Source of the DNA: Okamejei kenojei | Lineage: Eukaryota | Assembly (NCBI GenBank): GCA_035221665.1 | Contig: CM069133.1 | Location: 7,502,001-7,566,000 of the forward strand | DNA length: 64,000 nucleotides | Direction: 5' to 3' | Shown: positions 60,375 to 64,000 of the stretch, piece after piece | Numbering within the stretch: the first letter of the stretch is position 1 | Layout of the letters: each line of letters begins with the position of its first letter | Notes under the pieces: model-generated | Databases searched by the model: none | What the model saw: the letters and a program-made list of their open reading frames with translations, nothing else | What the model was told of the DNA's origin: nothing | Made by a program: the position numbers and the translations under genes

Positions 60375-63300
60375 CCTATCATCTCCAGCTGCATCTCAAG
60401 CTCCATCTCCAGTTTCTCCATCTCCAGCTCCATCTCCAGCTCTTGCTCCATCTCCAGCTCACCTCCAGCTTCATCTCCAGGTCCAACTCCCGGTCCATCT
60501 GCAGCTCTCTCTCCATCTCCATCTCCAGCTATATCTCCAACTCTGGCTCCAGCTCTAGCTCCGTCTTCAGTTCCATCTCCAGTTCCATCTCCATCTCCAG
60601 CTCCAGCTCTAGCTCCAGTTGTATCGCCAGTTCTAGCTCTAGCTCCAGGTCCAGCTCCACTAGCTCCATCTCCATCTTCAGCTCCATCTCCAGCTCTATC
60701 GCTAGCACCATCTCTATCTCCAGCTCCAGCTCAAGCTCCATCTCCAACTGTATATCCAGCTCTAGCTCTGGTTGCATCCCCATCTCTAGCTCCATCTTCA
60801 GCTCTAGCCCGAGCTCAATCTCCAGCTCTAGCTCTTGCTCCATCTCCACCTCCAACTCCAACTTTAGCTGCCGTTCCATATCCAGCTCCATCTCTAGCAC
60901 TAGCTCCATCTCGTGTTCCATTTCCTGGTCCATCTCCCACTCCATTCCAGCTCCAGCCCCTGCATTCCATCACAAGCTCCATCAACGGCTCCATCTCTAT
61001 CTCTAACTTCACCTCCAACTCCATCTCCAGTTCCATCTCCAGCTCCAGGTACCTCTGGCTCCATCTCTGGCTCCATCTCCAGCTTCATCTCCAGCTCCAC
61101 CTCCATCTGCAGCTCTAGCTCCATCTGCAGCTCCAGCTCCATCACCAACTAGCTCAATCCAGCTCTAGCTCTATTGCTCCATCTCCAGTTCTAGATCCAT
61201 CTCCAGCTCCATCTCTACTAGCTCCAGCTTCTTCTGCTCTATCTCCAGCTCCATCTTCAGCTCTAGCCCCAGCTCAAGCTCCAGCTCCATCTCCCGCTCT
61301 AGCTCTAGCTCCATCTCCAGCTCCATCTCCAATAGCAGCTCCATTTCCAACTAGCTCCATCTCAATCTATAGTTCTAGCTCCATCTCCAGCTCTACTAAC
61401 TCCAGCTCCATCTTCAGCTCCATCTCCAGCTCCATCTCCACCTCTAGCTCCAAATCCAGCTCCAATTCTAGCTCTAGCTCTAGCTCCATCACCAGCTCCA
61501 TCTCCATCTCCAGCTCTAGCTCTATCTCTATCTCCAGCTTCAGCTCAAGCTCCATCACCAACTGTATCTCCATCTCTAGCTCTAGCTCCATCTCTAGCTC
61601 CATCTTCACCTCTAGCCCCAGCTCAATCTCGCTTAATCTCCCGCTCTAACTCTAGCTCCATCTCCAGCTGCATCTCCAACTCTAGCTCCCGCTCCATCTC
61701 TAGCTGCATCTCCAGATCTAGCTCCATCTCCAGCTCCATTTCCTGCTCCAGCTCCAGCTGCAGCTATATCTCCAGCTCCAGCTGCATCCCCAGCTCAATT
61801 CCATCTCCAGCTCCAGTTCCATCTCCCTCCAGCTCCAACTCCAGCTCCAGCTCCAGCTCTATCTCTAGCTCCACCACAGCTCAATATTCAGCTCTAGCTC
61901 AAGCTGCAGCTCCATCTCCAGCTCCATCTTCAGCTCCATCTCCGGCTCCATCTCCACCTCCAGCTATAGCTCCAGCTCTATCTCCAGGTCCACCATCTGC
62001 AGCTCTTGCTGCATCTGCAGCTGTAGCCCTATCTCAATCTCCAGTTAAATCTGCATCTCCAGCTCCAGCTCCATATCCATCTCCAGCTCCAGCTCTAGCT
62101 CTAGCCTCAGCCCATCTCCAAATCTAGTTCCAGCTCTAGCACTAGGTCCATCTCCAGCTCCCACGAGCTCCACCTCCAACTGTGGAGCTAGCTCCCTCCA
62201 GCTCCAGCTCGAGCTCAATCTCCAGCTGAATCTCCAGCTCCTCCAGCTCCATCTCCAGCTCCATCTCCAGCTCCATCTCCAGCTCTAGCTGCATCCTCAG
62301 CTCCATATTCAGCTCTATCTCCAGCTCTAGCTCTGTCTCCATCTATAGCTAAATCCCCATTCCCAGCTCCAGCTCCAGCTCCATCTCCAACACTAGCTCC
62401 AGCTCCATCTTTAGATCCATCTCCAGCTCAATTTCCTGCTCTAGCTCCAGCATCGCCAGCTCCAGCTCCCTCTAGCTCCTGCTCCAGCTTCATCTTCAGT
62501 GCCAGCTCCAGCTTTAGCTCCATCTCCAGCTCTAGCTCCAGCTCCATCCATCTCCAGCTCCATCTCCAGCTCAGTCTTGAGTTCCATCTCCAGCTGCAGC
62601 ACCAGCTACATCTCCAGCTCCCAATCCAGCTCTAGACCCAGCCCCATCTCCTACTCTAGCTGTACCTCCATCACCAGCTACATCTCCAACTCTAGCTGCC
62701 GCTCCATATCCAGCTCCATCTCCAGCACTGGCTCCATCTCGTGCTCCACTTCCTGGTCCATTTCCCACTCCATTCCAGCTCCAGCCCCTGCATTCCATCA
62801 CAAGCTCCATCAACAGCTCCATCTCCATCTCCATCTCCATCTCCAGTTCCATCTCCAGCTCCAGGTACCTCCGACTCCATCTCCATCTCCGGCTCCATCT
62901 CCAGCTTCATCTCCAGCTCCACCTCCACCTCCAGCTCTAGCTCCATCTGCAGCTCCAGCTCCATCTCCAACTAGCTCAATCCAGCTCTAGCTCTATTGCT
63001 CCATCTCCAGTTCTAGCTCCATCCCCAGCTCTACTAGCTCCAGCTCCATCTTCAGCTTCCTCCGGCTCCATCTCCACCTCCAGCTATAGCTCCAGCTCCA
63101 TCTCCAGCTCCACCTCCACCTCCATCTGCAGCTCTTGCTGCATCTGCAGCTGTAGCCCCATCTCAATCTCCAGTTAAAGCTGCATCTCCAGCTCCAGCTC
63201 CGTCTCCATCTCCAGCTCCAGCTCTAGCCTCAGCCCATCTCCAAATCTAGTTCTAGCTCTAGCACGAGGTCCATCCCCAGCTCCCACGAGCTCCACCTCC

Positions 63301-64000
63301 AACGGTAGATCTAGCTCCCTCCAGATCCAACTCGAGATCCATCTGCAGCTCCATCTCCAGCTCAATCTCCAGCTCTAGCTGTAGCTCATTCGCCAGCTCT
63401 AGCTGCATCCTCAGCTTCATATTCAGCTCTATCTCCAGCTCTAGCTCTATCTTCATCTCCATCTATAGCTAAATCCCCATTCCCAGCTCCAGCTCCATCA
63501 CCAACACTAGCTCCAGCTCCATCTTTAGCTCCATCTCCAGCTCAATTTCCTGCTCTAGCTCCAGCTCCATCTCCAGCTCCCTCTAGCTCCTGCTCCAGCT
63601 CCATCTTCAGCACCAGCTCCATCTTCAGCACCAGCTCCAGCTTTAGCTCCATCTCCAGCTCTAGCTCCAGCTCCATCCATCTCCAGCTCCATCTCCAGCT
63701 CAGTCTTGAGTTCCATCTCCAGCTGCAGCACCAGCTACATCTCCAGCTCCAAATCCAGCTCTAGACCCAGCCCCATCTCCTACTCCAGCTGTACCTCCAT
63801 CACCAGCTACATGTCCAACTCTAGCTGCCGCTCCATATCCATCTCCATCTCCAGCACTAGCTCCATCTCGTGCTCCATTTCCTGGTCTATCTCCCACTCA
63901 ATTCCAGCTCCAGCCCCTGCATTCCATCACAAGCTCCATCAACAGCTCCATCTCCATCTCCAGCTCCACCTCCAGCTCCATCTCCAGCTCCAGGTACCTC
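60375..64000. repeat. AGCT-rich hexamer satellite block 3 with ~1.13-kb higher-order repeat
   Basis: Marker CAGCCCCTGCATTCCATCACAAGCTCCATCAAC at ~60954, ~62782 and ~63911; preceded by an AT-rich lead-in (60010-60375) matching 47780-48150. Confidence 0.93.

Overview
Vertebrate genomic DNA, most likely from a cartilaginous fish (skate/ray). This is inferred from the Ig sequence and the repeat families. The only host gene I can support is an IgM-type heavy-chain constant region on the + strand: Cmu1 23565-23866, Cmu2 24679-24987, Cmu3 25493-25815, Cmu4 plus secretory tail 29116-29523, TM1 32045-32176 and TM2 32771-32779. The ORF track misses it because the exons are riddled with indels, which may be assembly error near the 500-N gap (21716-22215) rather than true pseudogenisation. 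No V, D or J segment is recognisable. The rest of the window is repeats: CR1, Tx1, L1, Rex/Babar, RTE and Penelope retroelements, a V-SINE, Harbinger-type MITEs, Helitron-like elements and a near-intact Tc1 (DD34E). Two low-complexity satellite classes are also present: an AGCT-dense (GGAGCT/GGAGAT) hexamer satellite and an AT-rich (TATAACAC-like) block, built into nested inverted and direct repeats. Most notable leads: (1) switch-region-like AGCT arrays on both sides of the IgM constant region, sharing the same satellite/CR1 junction 57 kb apart; (2) a Tx1 LINE whose 5' junction is an exact 15-nt U1 snRNA match; (3) a roughly 12-13 kb fold-back macro-repeat with copy-specific insertions and template-switch hairpins. 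Family assignments and comparisons come from reading by eye and from recall, not from database searches.
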